A DNA stretch of 61,749 nucleotides from an uncultured Candidatus Poseidoniales archaeon (GTDB lineage Archaea; Thermoplasmatota; Poseidoniia; Poseidoniales; Thalassarchaeaceae): assembly GCA_964570065.1 (NCBI GenBank), contig CAZMVZ010000005.1, forward strand, positions 1-61,749. The letters are read 5' to 3'. Position 1 is the first letter of the stretch; each line of letters opens with the position of its first letter. The notes beneath the pieces were generated by a model. The model had not been told where the DNA came from. It saw only the letters and a list, made by a program, of their open reading frames with translations, and did not search any database. Shown here in pieces: positions 25,714 through 35,419 of the stretch. Made by a program: the position numbers and the translations under genes.

Positions 25714-26456
25714 TCTTGGATGAAACCCAGATTCCCTGGGTTTCTGTTGAGCCCGGTTCGGTCCTAGTCGGTTCCGATGATCGTTCAATTCTTTTCGGAG
25801 GAATTGGGCCACGTCACGAGGTAAACATTGATTATTCATTTAGAATTTCGGAAAGGCCGTTGGATTTCGAAGAAGTAGCTAGTGTAGAACGGAATTCTGG
25901 CATGGAGGTTGCTTCCGACTCCGAGTGGCAGTTGGCATACTCCAGAGGCCTTTTGTCGGGAATTGACGGCTCTTCTGAGTCATTGGCAGATTCTGCACGA
26001 GACTATTGGGGGAAGCCCTGTGATGGCAGACCTTTCGTAAATGATGCCAATAGTCCGACGTTGATACGAATATGGAAGTCGGGAAAAGCAGAAACACTCA
26101 CCGTTTTCTCCAAGAGAAATACTGGAGAACCAGTTGCAGATGGGGTTAGAATGGTAGTGAGGGAACACTCTGGTTGGAAAGAAAATCCCTTGTTCGTCCC
26201 CATTGGTGGAGATCGCTCGAAGATCATTATCGAAGAAATACTGATTTGCATCATCATCGGCATTCTGCCTTCATTTGTCTGGGCATTTTTCAACGCCAGT
26301 CCAGGTTACATCAGAGAAGGTTGGCTGAATCTAGTTCTCGGCGGCGTGTTCCTCGGCATGTTAACAATGCTATTCTGGCGTCCAAGACAGCCAACTTGGC
26401 GAATTGAGTCTGACCGCATGATTCCTTCACGAAGGAAAAGGAGAAGGAATCGCTAA
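25671..26456 (+). CDS. hypothetical membrane-anchored protein (soluble N-terminal domain, two C-terminal TM helices)
   Basis: The track ORF overlaps the ABC gene by 43 nt; an in-frame TTG at 25716 would remove the overlap. PRHEVNIDYSFRISERPL faintly resembles FGE-sulfatase-type domains. C-terminus ICIIIGILPSFVWAFF and LVLGGVFLGMLTMLFW. Confidence 0.45.
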   Translation: MVNPDWRTWFIRGIILDETQIPWVSVEPGSVLVGSDDRSILFGGIGPRHEVNIDYSFRISERPLDFEEVASVERNSGMEVASDSEWQLAYSRGLLSGIDGSSESLADSARDYWGKPCDGRPFVNDANSPTLIRIWKSGKAETLTVFSKRNTGEPVADGVRMVVREHSGWKENPLFVPIGGDRSKIIIEEILICIIIGILPSFVWAFFNASPGYIREGWLNLVLGGVFLGMLTMLFWRPRQPTWRIESDRMIPSRRKRRRNR

Positions 26457-27538
26457 CTCCTATCTCTATCATCGATCTGCGAATTAGGACTCCCCGTTGC
26501 GATGCTTATTCTGGCTTTGTTGATCCCAATCCCATAATCCCATAATAGCATTAACGAAACAATAGAAGAAAGAAAAATCGTAACCGGACTTTTGTTGGGA
26601 GATGGCCCTAGAATAGCTCCAGACCATGCAATGATATTGAACAAGACTGCCAGAGTGGGCAATTGGTGTACAGAAGCCCTTTCCATCCCCAGTGGAACTG
26701 TTTCGGTTGAAATATCCCAGAATGAAGGCCAAGCAAGACCTCCATTTAGACAACCCCAGATGAAAGTAGCTAGCGAAAAACACACTAGAACAGGGAATGC
26801 AGAAACCAAGCCATGGCTCCATCCCCAAAGTCTCGGGTACCTCTTGCCCGCTAGGGTCCTAACAAGTCCGTAGTTCCTAATCTGCTTCCTTACTCTTGAG
26901 ACCCCTCGTCTTCGATGCCACATAGTTGCACTCCCATCTGACCAGAGACGATGCCCCAATAATCTGATTCGATGATCCAGCATCACATCTTCTGCACCTA
27001 TCGCCCCTCGGTCAAATCCACCAACTTCTTCCAAAACCTCTCTCCTGTATGCTGAGTTCACTCCAGGAAGTTGCTCCACTTCCTCGAGGGCCCCTTCCGA
27101 CCTTCTGCCATAATTCGTTCCAGCGGTGAGGAATTTGTTGCAGAAAGCAACATCAATTGATTTCTGCCAGATATTGGATTCATCAACAGGTGCGAAGTTT
27201 GGTCCACCTACTCCGGATACCTCGGGACGCTGGAACCACCTCTCCAATTTCTCGACCCAGTCTTGAGGGACAATCACATCATCATCGGTGAAGAAGACTA
27301 ATTCAGATTCCGTCTCTTCAATAGCTACATTACAGGCATCTGCTCTGTTCCTAGAACCCCTGTCATCGATGTACCTGAACCCCCTATCCTCAGTCACTTG
27401 CCTCCCTTGATCCCCGGCAGGTCCAACGACTGCCACATCTATTTCTTGGAATGTTTGGTTCGATAACCCATCCAATGCCACTGCAAGCTCAGTGGAGTTG
27501 TCCACTGTGGGGATGATGACGCAGACCCTGCTAGTCAC
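26453..27538 (-). CDS. glycosyltransferase family 2 with C-terminal membrane segments
   Basis: VCVIIPTVDNSTELAVALDGLSNQTF, FFTDDDVIVPQDW (DxD region), and a GVNSAYRRE-type acceptor loop. GTG start. Confidence 0.85.
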   Translation of the reverse strand: MTSRVCVIIPTVDNSTELAVALDGLSNQTFQEIDVAVVGPAGDQGRQVTEDRGFRYIDDRGSRNRADACNVAIEETESELVFFTDDDVIVPQDWVEKLERWFQRPEVSGVGGPNFAPVDESNIWQKSIDVAFCNKFLTAGTNYGRRSEGALEEVEQLPGVNSAYRREVLEEVGGFDRGAIGAEDVMLDHRIRLLGHRLWSDGSATMWHRRRGVSRVRKQIRNYGLVRTLAGKRYPRLWGWSHGLVSAFPVLVCFSLATFIWGCLNGGLAWPSFWDISTETVPLGMERASVHQLPTLAVLFNIIAWSGAILGPSPNKSPVTIFLSSIVSLMLLWDYGIGINKARISIATGSPNSQIDDRDRS

Positions 27539-27576
27539 GAGAAGTCCGGAGAGGGGGACATTGATGAGTTCACGGG

Positions 27577-28323
27577 TCAGTCATTGACAATTCTCGGTGC
27601 TAGGAAGTAAGTCCACCTAGCCCCACCTTCGTTGCTCATCCATGAAAGTCTGAGGGGGTATTTCTCTTCAAACTCAAGTGATACTTCATTCGTGAAGCCA
27701 CCAGCAAGCTTCTTGGTCAACTCACCAAGATACTGGAGGGAATAGGTAGAATGTGTCGGTGATGCACAGGTTAACTCACTCAACTCGCCCGATTCGAATT
27801 TCACATTTACCCCCTCGCCAGCCTCAACAGTAACAGAGACTGCTAACTCATTCTTGTCCATACTGAGGTCTACTTCCCCACCAACAAACTTTGCAGCCCT
27901 CAAAGCCCTGGAAAGCTTCTCAGAGTCAATGGTTGCCTTCGACTTGAATTCTAAATTTGGTTGGTTGGGATTGTCCATCGTACTGGTGTCAATCCCTCTG
28001 AGTATCATTAGGACCTCTCCAACTCTGACGTTTATCGCCCCAACCGCATCGTCATAGTCCATCTCAACAAGATCACTTGGGCCTGCAAGTGTCAGAAGAT
28101 CTCGCATTTTTTGGAGATCAAGCCCAATCTCTACCGGTTCGACTTCGTATGTTTCGAAGCACTCATCTGCAATTGTTGCTGAGAGAAGCGCTACGTGGGA
28201 ACCATCAACTACTGATACGCTCAGGCCTTTTTCACCCCATACCAGTTTAGCCTCAGAGGTAAGTACCGACAGGATATCCACTATCTCCCTCATTAGTTGC
28301 TGCTTGGCTGTAATTCTAAGCAT
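27577..28323 (-). CDS. pcn: DNA polymerase sliding clamp PCNA
   Basis: 248 aa with the typical PCNA layout: ...LMREIVDILSVLTSEAKLVWGEKGLSVSVVDGSHVALLSATI...YSLQYLGELTK...RLSWMSNEGGARWTYFLAPRI. Confidence 0.9.
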   Translation of the reverse strand: MLRITAKQQLMREIVDILSVLTSEAKLVWGEKGLSVSVVDGSHVALLSATIADECFETYEVEPVEIGLDLQKMRDLLTLAGPSDLVEMDYDDAVGAINVRVGEVLMILRGIDTSTMDNPNQPNLEFKSKATIDSEKLSRALRAAKFVGGEVDLSMDKNELAVSVTVEAGEGVNVKFESGELSELTCASPTHSTYSLQYLGELTKKLAGGFTNEVSLEFEEKYPLRLSWMSNEGGARWTYFLAPRIVND

Positions 28324-28392
28324 CCACTCACCTCGATTTCCATCTACTGCATAGGAGGCTCTTGATGCTTATTGGCATCAAACCAGAATAAT

Positions 28393-28815
28393 CTACTGGT
28401 ACTCCCTCCACTTATGCTTGCACTCGAGATTCGCGCATGAGCAGAACTTAGTCTCCGGCTCATCAGAAGATCTAGTTTGCTGCAAGTGAACGTAAGCATT
28501 CCTTCCATTGCACTTTGGGCAAATGTAGTCGCCCTCTCTTAGAGTTCCTTGAGGCCCGTCTTCTTCCACTACCTCGGTCAGATGCTTCAGAGATTTGGAG
28601 TCAGTAGTGGCCGTGGTATTGGCAAGATCTATGGTTTTCCCGGTCATAGGATCGGTAAATTCAGACCCCCTCCCGTCTTCTCCGGATAAGGGTCCCTCGT
28701 ATCCACATTTGTAATTTGGACATTTGATGTTTCCATTTGAGTCCGGAAAGCAAAGCGTTCCGCAGATCCCTTCATCCTCGCCATCTTCATTTACTATCAT
28801 GTTGGGACAAAACAT
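28393..28815 (-). CDS. tfs: transcription factor S / RNA polymerase subunit M family (TFIIS-type zinc ribbon)
   Basis: C-terminus CPKCNGRNAYVHLQQTRSSDEPETKFCSCANLECKHKW matches the TFIIS ribbon with the acidic DE hairpin. The N-terminal Cys-rich ribbon starts MFCPN. Start ambiguous (ATG at 28815 or 28827; track start 28875). Confidence 0.85.
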   Translation of the reverse strand: MFCPNMIVNEDGEDEGICGTLCFPDSNGNIKCPNYKCGYEGPLSGEDGRGSEFTDPMTGKTIDLANTTATTDSKSLKHLTEVVEEDGPQGTLREGDYICPKCNGRNAYVHLQQTRSSDEPETKFCSCANLECKHKWREYQ

Positions 28816-28920
28816 CTCTATCACCATTGTCGTATTAACGAGAACCAAACTAGCCTGAGACTTCCAACTATTCAACTATTCGTCTATCATTACATTCGTT
28901 GCCGCACCGTTCAAGCCATC

Positions 28921-29940
28921 GTGCCTATTGGAGTGGCCATGAAAATCATCTTCGATTGGCGTCTATCACGTGTTGTCGATGATCAAGGCAACATTGTAGA
29001 CGAGATTGTGTGGGATGGCCGAATGTCGCCATCTGGCGTAGCAAAAAGACTGTGGAAGATGCAACAAGGTCGCCGACTTCCCGAGGTCATAACCCTCTCT
29101 GAGAGATTCCCCGAAGCAATAATAGATCCCATGGGAGTTCTTTCAGAAACAAACTGGCCCAAGGGGGATGACTCGGAAGAAATCTTCCAAAGAGCAACAT
29201 TGGTACTAGCGAAGATGGGGGTCGCCGACTCTTCCAAAGATATGGACAGGAGGCTTGACATGCTAGTTTCAGCAACTCTGGAAGCTCGGTCATCTTGGAC
29301 GACATCGGAATCGCGTTGCATCGAATGGGCCGGGCTTTTCATCACAGAGGCGGACCTAGATTCCCAGCGGGGCGAAATCCCTCCTGCCATTGCGTCTTCA
29401 GAAACCATCATCGAGGCTTCGGAGAAATTAGGGGTAACGCCACCAATACATCTGCCCTCAGATTCTGAGTGGACATCCATGGTCTCACATGCCCTTTCTG
29501 TCACCTCTTCATCAAAAATCCTCGAACAATTGGAGGATTCGATTAGGGAAATTGCTGCCATCCATGTCCCATCACTAAGTGCACTTCTGGGTCCGATATC
29601 AGCCGCCAAGCTGGTCTCTCTTGCCGGGGGAAGGGAGAGACTCGCTCGAATGCCATCTGGCTCTCTCCAGGTTCTTGGTGCCCACGCTGCAATGTCTGCG
29701 CACAGGAGAGGGGCCCCTCCTCCAAAACATGGAGCAGTCCTCTTCTCTATGCCTCAAGTGAGCAGATCTCCAAGATGGTTAAGGGGGAAGATTGCAAGAT
29801 ATCTTGCCGGTAAGGCAAGCATCGCGACCAGAGTCGATCACTTCGACGGGGAGACTTGGGGGAAAGCCAAGATCGATGAGATAAATAGTGAGATTGAGGC
29901 AATCAAGGCAAAGTTTCCCAAACCGCCAAAGAGGGGTTGA
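28921..29940 (+). CDS. nop5: C/D box sRNP core protein Nop5 (Nop56/58)
   Basis: Nop domain LLGPISAAKLVSLAGGRERLARMPSGSLQVLGA...PKHGAVLFSMPQV...RGKIARYLAGKASIATRVDHF. GTG at 28921 or ATG at 28939. Confidence 0.9.
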   Translation: MPIGVAMKIIFDWRLSRVVDDQGNIVDEIVWDGRMSPSGVAKRLWKMQQGRRLPEVITLSERFPEAIIDPMGVLSETNWPKGDDSEEIFQRATLVLAKMGVADSSKDMDRRLDMLVSATLEARSSWTTSESRCIEWAGLFITEADLDSQRGEIPPAIASSETIIEASEKLGVTPPIHLPSDSEWTSMVSHALSVTSSSKILEQLEDSIREIAAIHVPSLSALLGPISAAKLVSLAGGRERLARMPSGSLQVLGAHAAMSAHRRGAPPPKHGAVLFSMPQVSRSPRWLRGKIARYLAGKASIATRVDHFDGETWGKAKIDEINSEIEAIKAKFPKPPKRG

Positions 29941-29943
29941 GGG

Positions 29944-30702
29944 ATGGCCAACAAGTCAAAACCAATCGTATGGGGAGTCAGGAGGGAAGGGAGAACCCTC
30001 TGGACTAGGAATGCAGTGAAGGGAGTTTCAGTAAGAGGCGAGAGGAGGAAAAGAGACGGCAGAATTGAGTGGAGGAGGTGGGATCCGACCAAGTCCAAGG
30101 TCGCCGCTGCAATCCTCAGAACAAGAGCCGAACAATCTTCTCTTCTACCAACTCCCGGTTCGACATGCCTATACCTGGGTGCATCCAGTGGTGGAACTGT
30201 CAGCCATATTCACGATTTCGTCTGCGGTGCAGACAACCACCATGGCGGACAGTTGGTGGCAGTGGAGATTTCTCCTCGCATGGTTCGAGATTTAGTCAAA
30301 CTCTCAGACAGGAGGCCTGGGCTTGTCCCAGTATTGGGCGATGCGAGGAAGCCAGAACAGATTGCTGCCTTCATCAGGGGCAAGGCAAATTGGATCCACC
30401 AGGACCTCAGCATAGCAGACCAAGCCGAGACATTCGTAAGAATGGCAACTTCTTTTCTCGCTCCTGGCGGAATCGGTCTACTTAGTCTGAAGGCTGCAAG
30501 TGAGAGGTCATCCGAAGGAGACGACAACTCAAGATTCCAGAAGGCGGAACAGATTCTAATGAATTCAGACCTTGTTCTTCAAGAGAGAATAGATTTGACT
30601 GGTTTGGAGGAGCAACATGTGGTTTTCACTTGTTCTTCATGCACCGGACAAGATCATGGCCGTGAACAGGCCGCCATAGACCACCATCATCAGAATAAAT
30701 AG
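29944..30702 (+). CDS. flpA: fibrillarin-like rRNA/tRNA 2'-O-methyltransferase
   Basis: WDPTKSKVAAAIL, CLYLGASSGGTVSHIHDFV (SAM motif), VAVEISPRMVRDL, PVLGDARKP. Immediately downstream of nop5. Confidence 0.9.
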   Translation: MANKSKPIVWGVRREGRTLWTRNAVKGVSVRGERRKRDGRIEWRRWDPTKSKVAAAILRTRAEQSSLLPTPGSTCLYLGASSGGTVSHIHDFVCGADNHHGGQLVAVEISPRMVRDLVKLSDRRPGLVPVLGDARKPEQIAAFIRGKANWIHQDLSIADQAETFVRMATSFLAPGGIGLLSLKAASERSSEGDDNSRFQKAEQILMNSDLVLQERIDLTGLEEQHVVFTCSSCTGQDHGREQAAIDHHHQNK

Positions 30703-31038
30703 GCCAATTCCAATCCAGGCAACAATCTGAGCAGCCTTCGCGAGACCTTGATCGGGGTGGCCAGGGTACTGGCTAGTTGTAGCTAGGGCCCCATTTGCCA
30801 GGATTAGAGCCGGAAGTGCCGTGCAAACCGAGCAAGCCACAATCCCTAGGATTCCCAGAACCAGGGCCAGAACGGCATTTGTCGTGGGCATAATCATCCC
30901 AGGACCACCATGTCCCTGCACGAAGATCTGTTGCGGCGCTTGACTCGTTACGCTCGGACTCCCCTCTAGAATTACCGTCTCAGGAGGTTCGGGCGCTTCT
31001 TCGGTTGAGACCCAGTCGGGCACTTCACTCTCTTCCAT
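30637..31038 (-). CDS. hypothetical membrane protein (DUF4190-like two-TM C-terminus, acidic N-terminus)
   Basis: ATG ORF. AVLALVLGILGIVACSVCTALPALILANGAL...IVAWIGIGLFILMMVVYGGLF. Confidence 0.5.
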   Translation of the reverse strand: MEESEVPDWVSTEEAPEPPETVILEGSPSVTSQAPQQIFVQGHGGPGMIMPTTNAVLALVLGILGIVACSVCTALPALILANGALATTSQYPGHPDQGLAKAAQIVAWIGIGLFILMMVVYGGLFTAMILSGA

Positions 31039-31121
31039 TAGTTGAATGCGTCAGGGCACGGGGGAATAACTCTGTCGAAGCCACTACGAAAGGTAATGAC
31101 CCACCTCTTAGACCAATATAC

Positions 31122-32015
31122 ATGCCAGAGTTACCCGAGGTCGAGACCGTACGCCTTGGCTTGGAGAGGCACCTCCTTGGTCGGAAGATTACGTCAGTCG
31201 ATCTAAGGCGAAGTGACCTCAGGTTTCCATTCCCGAGAGATTTCGTTACATCACTTAGGGATAGTCTGGTGCAGTCAGTAGATCGTCGGGCAAAGTACCT
31301 GCTCATTCGTCTTGAAGGTGGCATTACGTGGCTCTGCCATCTTGGGATGAGTGGGAGGTGGACGCTAATCGGGGAAGGAATTGAGAGCAGACCTGGCAGT
31401 TTCTCCAACGGAGCCCCGGTGGGTAGCGGGGATGGCCCCCATGATTGGGTGGTCGTTCACCTAGACAACGGAAGCAAGGCAGTCTACTCTGATCATCGAA
31501 GATTTGGCTTCATGGATTGCTTCCCAACATCGGAACAAGACAGCCACAAATTCCTTTCCAATCTCGGTCCCGAACCAACCCCAAACCACCTTGTTCCAAG
31601 GGAATTAGGGGACGGCCTAAGAGGGAAGAGGACCCCAATCAAGTCGGCATTGTTAGATCAGCGAGTTATCGCTGGACTCGGCAATATCTACGTTTGTGAG
31701 ATTCTTCACAGGGCAGGAGTGTCTCCAAGGAGAAATGCGAACAGCGTAGCAGGAAAATCAGGGGTCTCAAGAAGAGTGGAGAGGATTACTGCTGCTACCC
31801 ATGATGTAATCACCGAGGCTATTGATGCAGGGGGGTCGACACTGCAGGATTTTAGAGGAGTCGGAGGAGAAGAGGCTATGGGTTATTTCGTTCATAATTT
31901 CCAGGTTTATGGCAGGGAAGGAATGAGTTGCATGAAGGGAGGATGCCACGGTTCCATCAAGAGAATTGTTCAGTCAAACAGATCCACCTTTTACTGCTCA
32001 ACCTGCCAACGCTGA
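31122..32015 (+). CDS. mutM: formamidopyrimidine-DNA glycosylase (Fpg/MutM/Nei family)
   Basis: The internal ATG gives the canonical N-terminus MPELPEVETVRLGL (catalytic Pro2, Glu3). H2TH LLDQRVIAGLGNIYVCEILHRAGV. C-terminal zinc finger C..GGC...YCSTCQ. Confidence 0.9.
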   Translation: MPELPEVETVRLGLERHLLGRKITSVDLRRSDLRFPFPRDFVTSLRDSLVQSVDRRAKYLLIRLEGGITWLCHLGMSGRWTLIGEGIESRPGSFSNGAPVGSGDGPHDWVVVHLDNGSKAVYSDHRRFGFMDCFPTSEQDSHKFLSNLGPEPTPNHLVPRELGDGLRGKRTPIKSALLDQRVIAGLGNIYVCEILHRAGVSPRRNANSVAGKSGVSRRVERITAATHDVITEAIDAGGSTLQDFRGVGGEEAMGYFVHNFQVYGREGMSCMKGGCHGSIKRIVQSNRSTFYCSTCQR

Positions 32016-32020
32016 GTTGG

Positions 32021-32971
32021 CTAGTGGTGATCCTGGGACATCTCTATCCCCCTTACAAGAGCAAGAAGAACCTCGTTTCGTGGAGTCTGGATGCCAAACT
32101 CCTCGCCCTTGGAAATTATCGCCCCACAAATCACATCAATCTCGGTTTTCCTCCCTGCCATAAGGTCCTGTAGCATTGAGACCCTATTTTCAGCAGTAGC
32201 AGTGACCACTTTCTTGAGGTAATCCTCGATATTCATTGACCCCAGATCCACTCCCGATGCCCTTGCAACGGTCTCCGCCTCCCTCATCGCCTCAAGAGAC
32301 TGAATCCAGAGCTCGGGGATTTCTAACAAGCCACCGTTCCTGATTCCAGCTATTGCGCATATCGGATTGATTGCTACGTTGATCATCAGTTTCCTCCATA
32401 TTTCCTTATTGATATCTGACGACCAAATTGGATTCAAACCGGCCTCTTCCAATAGCGAAACAAACTCATCCTCAGTTGGGTTTGGACCAGAACCATCCAT
32501 ATTCCCTATGGACATCGAACCCCTACCTGTCCAATGCACTCCGCCCTCGCTGTCTCTCCATGCCGAGTGAGTAGTTGAGCCACCGAACACTCTCTCCCAA
32601 CCAACTCTACTAGCGATTATTCCAGCATTTCCTAGGCCATTTTGAATGCTAACAACCATTCCTCCCTCTGTCACAATGTCTTCAGCTATGGAGGAAAGTG
32701 CAGATGTCGAGTCTGCCTTGCCAGCAATAATGGCCACATCACAGGAATTGTACATAGCCTCATTCAGTGGACCCCTTTGACTGTCTATGAGCACATAGCG
32801 ATCCCCAGGAATCATTTCAACGGTACCCTCGGGTGTGAAGATGGTTAGCCCAGTTTCGAGGATTTCCGCCGTCCTCCCCCTAGATACGCAGACCAATTCT
32901 GCCTCAGTATCCGCAAGACAACCAGCAATTACCCCTCCCAAGGCTCCTGTTCCAAGTATTGCTACTCTCAC
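32021..32971 (-). CDS. panE: 2-dehydropantoate 2-reductase (ketopantoate reductase, PanE/ApbA)
   Basis: MRVAILGTGALGGVIAGCLA Rossmann motif, NGLG, and the KLMINVAINPICAI...SMLQDLMAGRKTEID pattern. GTG start. Confidence 0.85.
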   Translation of the reverse strand: MRVAILGTGALGGVIAGCLADTEAELVCVSRGRTAEILETGLTIFTPEGTVEMIPGDRYVLIDSQRGPLNEAMYNSCDVAIIAGKADSTSALSSIAEDIVTEGGMVVSIQNGLGNAGIIASRVGWERVFGGSTTHSAWRDSEGGVHWTGRGSMSIGNMDGSGPNPTEDEFVSLLEEAGLNPIWSSDINKEIWRKLMINVAINPICAIAGIRNGGLLEIPELWIQSLEAMREAETVARASGVDLGSMNIEDYLKKVVTATAENRVSMLQDLMAGRKTEIDVICGAIISKGEEFGIQTPRNEVLLALVRGIEMSQDHH

Positions 32972-35368
32972 TCAACATCCCTCCGAAGGACATCTGGCCG
33001 AGAGATGAACGGTGATTCCAGAGTCATCAGCCGTCACCCAAACAGCCCTTTCAAGTTCTGAGAGACCGATCGCTTTAGCCGTAATCACGGTGCTATTGCC
33101 ACCATCCACCCAATCGTTCATGGTGACTTCCCAAATTCCACTTTGTGGAGAATCGCCATGCCACTCCAAAGCCAAGTCCATCCCCACCTTCTCTCTGTTG
33201 AAGATCACGAATTCCTCTGTATTGATTCCCCTATCCAAACCACTCGGGTGGACATAGACATCTACCGAATCCCTAATCCTGAATGCCTCCATGGTTCCAT
33301 CAGAATTGCATTTCGCTAGCCAACCCCCGATTCCAACACCTATGGATCCCTCGCCACTTAGATTTCCCGTAAGTCGAATGGCGGAGTAGTTCCCCATCTC
33401 TTCTGACCAGTTCGAACCGGTATTAACTTGCTTCGCGACATCCCCAGATTGACAGAAAGGTGAGCCGTAGTCGGAATGGACCAGGGTGTCTCCCACTTCG
33501 GCGAAGTCACTCGGAATTACCCATGAGCCACCACTGACTTGGATCAATCGCTCTGAACCATTGATTGGCATTGTCCAAGGGCCAATCGTTTCGTTCTCCC
33601 TAACCAAGTAAAATACCGGACCAAATGCTCTACCTTGGCTGTCGAAAGAATCAGAATTTTGTATGGCCCCTTCGTGCCCCTGGAGGCAAATTTCCCGAAC
33701 CCCTGCACTAATATTGCTATCATTCATTGAATTCCAATATGGGCTCTCTATCTCGAGCCTGCCTCCCCCAGTATCCATCACATTGCAAATTATCGGAGCC
33801 CCAGGGTCTCCCTTGAGTTCCCAGAAAGGCTCAGAAAAACTCCCATTGATCAAACTTGATAATTTAATCACATGCTCTACTTCGAAGCCAGAAACATCGA
33901 CAAGAATCTTGAGTAAATGAGGCGTAAAAACACCCTCGGGAGGAGTTATAGAAATTGATAACTCAAGATTTTCTTTCTGAGTCAGTCCATCGAATCTACA
34001 GATATCGGCAGACACCGAACACGAGTAATTCAATTCCCATTCAAACGGGTCCGCTCCCTCGACTCTGAATTGGAGCCATCCTGATACTGGCATAACCCCT
34101 CTTGGCTCCAATAATAGGGTAAATTCCAACTCCTCTCCCGCCTCAAAAAGTAACTCTTCCGGCCAAGTTCCGGTGGAAACTCCGGAATCATAGTCTTCCA
34201 TTTCGTATGATGGAACGGCCCCTGGCATCCCTGCTAGGAGAACAATGATTGCTATTGCCACGAATCTGCTTCTATGCCTCTCTTCAAGTCCAAAATGCTC
34301 GTCCAGGACAATAGGCTGAGGCAGACTGTCGGGGTTGAACCTCTGCCATGCTGCTACAAATGCAAGGAAAACCCAGGGAGTCCATTGTGCAGTAGCGAAA
34401 ACTATCACCATGACAAATAGAACAATGAGGAAAATCGATGTCTGAGTATTCCCGCCTCTCATTTCAGATGGGCCAATAATTGCATGCAGCAACCTATCCC
34501 CGGGAAGTCCAGGAATCGGAAGCATCAATCCCCAGCCAACAATGGCCAAACCGATTCCTGCAATCCCGGTTGGATGCAACCATTGGAGCCTGATTCCTGA
34601 TTCTCCGCCCATCCAAGATTCGACCAAATACCCAGTAATCAGATTTGTATCGAATACTGTTGGTGCCCCTGTTAGTTCAGGAGGGTTACTCGGCGTCATC
34701 ATTAGCCCCAAAATAGTCAGCATGCTTCCTGACAATAACAGGACGATTGGAACTGCTACTTCGATTGAGCCCAGTGCCTGTCTATTTGGCATTGGAACTA
34801 GATCCGGTTTCCTCTGTCCCAGCGTTCCTACGATTCCAAAAGGCCACCATGTGGGGATGGGGAATACGATTGGGGCAATGTGCCCGACTTCGACTTCGAA
34901 TTTTCTCGCCACAATGACTCTGCAATAGCTAGCAATGAGTAATGAGAGAATCACAGGAGTAGTGAAGAAAAAGAATGAATGCCCGAATTCGTTAACCCCA
35001 GACCCACCATATTCGTACTCGGAGGCCCAATGTTCCCCCACCAGAGTCATGAATGCCGCCATTACAACCCATAGTGCGACTTTCTGAGACCCCCTCATGA
35101 CCGAACTCCCAAGGGGAACTCTTGAAATCGTCATTACAGGGGGGTTACTGTCTTCTAGTGAACCTACCAATCCCATGGGTCCCAAATGCATGTTCAATTG
35201 CAGTAGCTGTTCCCCAACCTGCAGGTCGTCCTTCCCTCTTACTTCCCAGGAATTTGGATAAGCACCTTCACTACCAAGATCGAAGAACCTGGAGGCTATT
35301 ACTTCTAGAAGTTCACGAGTACCCCATGTCTCAGAATCGATCAAGATTTCTTCAGGCACCGTGCTCAC
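32972..35368 (-). CDS. large polytopic membrane protein with an M50 (site-2 protease)-like core carrying degenerate catalytic motifs, plus a ~400-aa extracytoplasmic C-terminal domain
   Basis: GVNEFGHSFFF sits where M50 has HExxH (Asn replaces the first His; codon AAC at 34991-34993). MLPIPGLPGDRLLHAI sits where M50 has NLLPxxPLDGG. Many TM helices. GTG start. Confidence 0.55.
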   Translation of the reverse strand: MSTVPEEILIDSETWGTRELLEVIASRFFDLGSEGAYPNSWEVRGKDDLQVGEQLLQLNMHLGPMGLVGSLEDSNPPVMTISRVPLGSSVMRGSQKVALWVVMAAFMTLVGEHWASEYEYGGSGVNEFGHSFFFFTTPVILSLLIASYCRVIVARKFEVEVGHIAPIVFPIPTWWPFGIVGTLGQRKPDLVPMPNRQALGSIEVAVPIVLLLSGSMLTILGLMMTPSNPPELTGAPTVFDTNLITGYLVESWMGGESGIRLQWLHPTGIAGIGLAIVGWGLMLPIPGLPGDRLLHAIIGPSEMRGGNTQTSIFLIVLFVMVIVFATAQWTPWVFLAFVAAWQRFNPDSLPQPIVLDEHFGLEERHRSRFVAIAIIVLLAGMPGAVPSYEMEDYDSGVSTGTWPEELLFEAGEELEFTLLLEPRGVMPVSGWLQFRVEGADPFEWELNYSCSVSADICRFDGLTQKENLELSISITPPEGVFTPHLLKILVDVSGFEVEHVIKLSSLINGSFSEPFWELKGDPGAPIICNVMDTGGGRLEIESPYWNSMNDSNISAGVREICLQGHEGAIQNSDSFDSQGRAFGPVFYLVRENETIGPWTMPINGSERLIQVSGGSWVIPSDFAEVGDTLVHSDYGSPFCQSGDVAKQVNTGSNWSEEMGNYSAIRLTGNLSGEGSIGVGIGGWLAKCNSDGTMEAFRIRDSVDVYVHPSGLDRGINTEEFVIFNREKVGMDLALEWHGDSPQSGIWEVTMNDWVDGGNSTVITAKAIGLSELERAVWVTADDSGITVHLSARCPSEGC

Positions 35369-35419
35369 TCCCCGACCTTCCTCGAGGGGTGTCAGATTTG
35401 ACCCCTGCTCTTGCTCATC

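Noticed and set aside
23669-26456. tRNA-Gly as an integration hot spot (possible genomic island downstream)
   Set aside because: There is no integrase, no direct repeat of the tRNA 3' end, and the downstream genes (ABC exporter, GT2, PCNA) look like ordinary chromosomal genes.
28983-29609. 208-aa minus-strand ORF inside nop5
   Set aside because: Antisense to a well-supported Nop-domain gene. Ser-rich low complexity.
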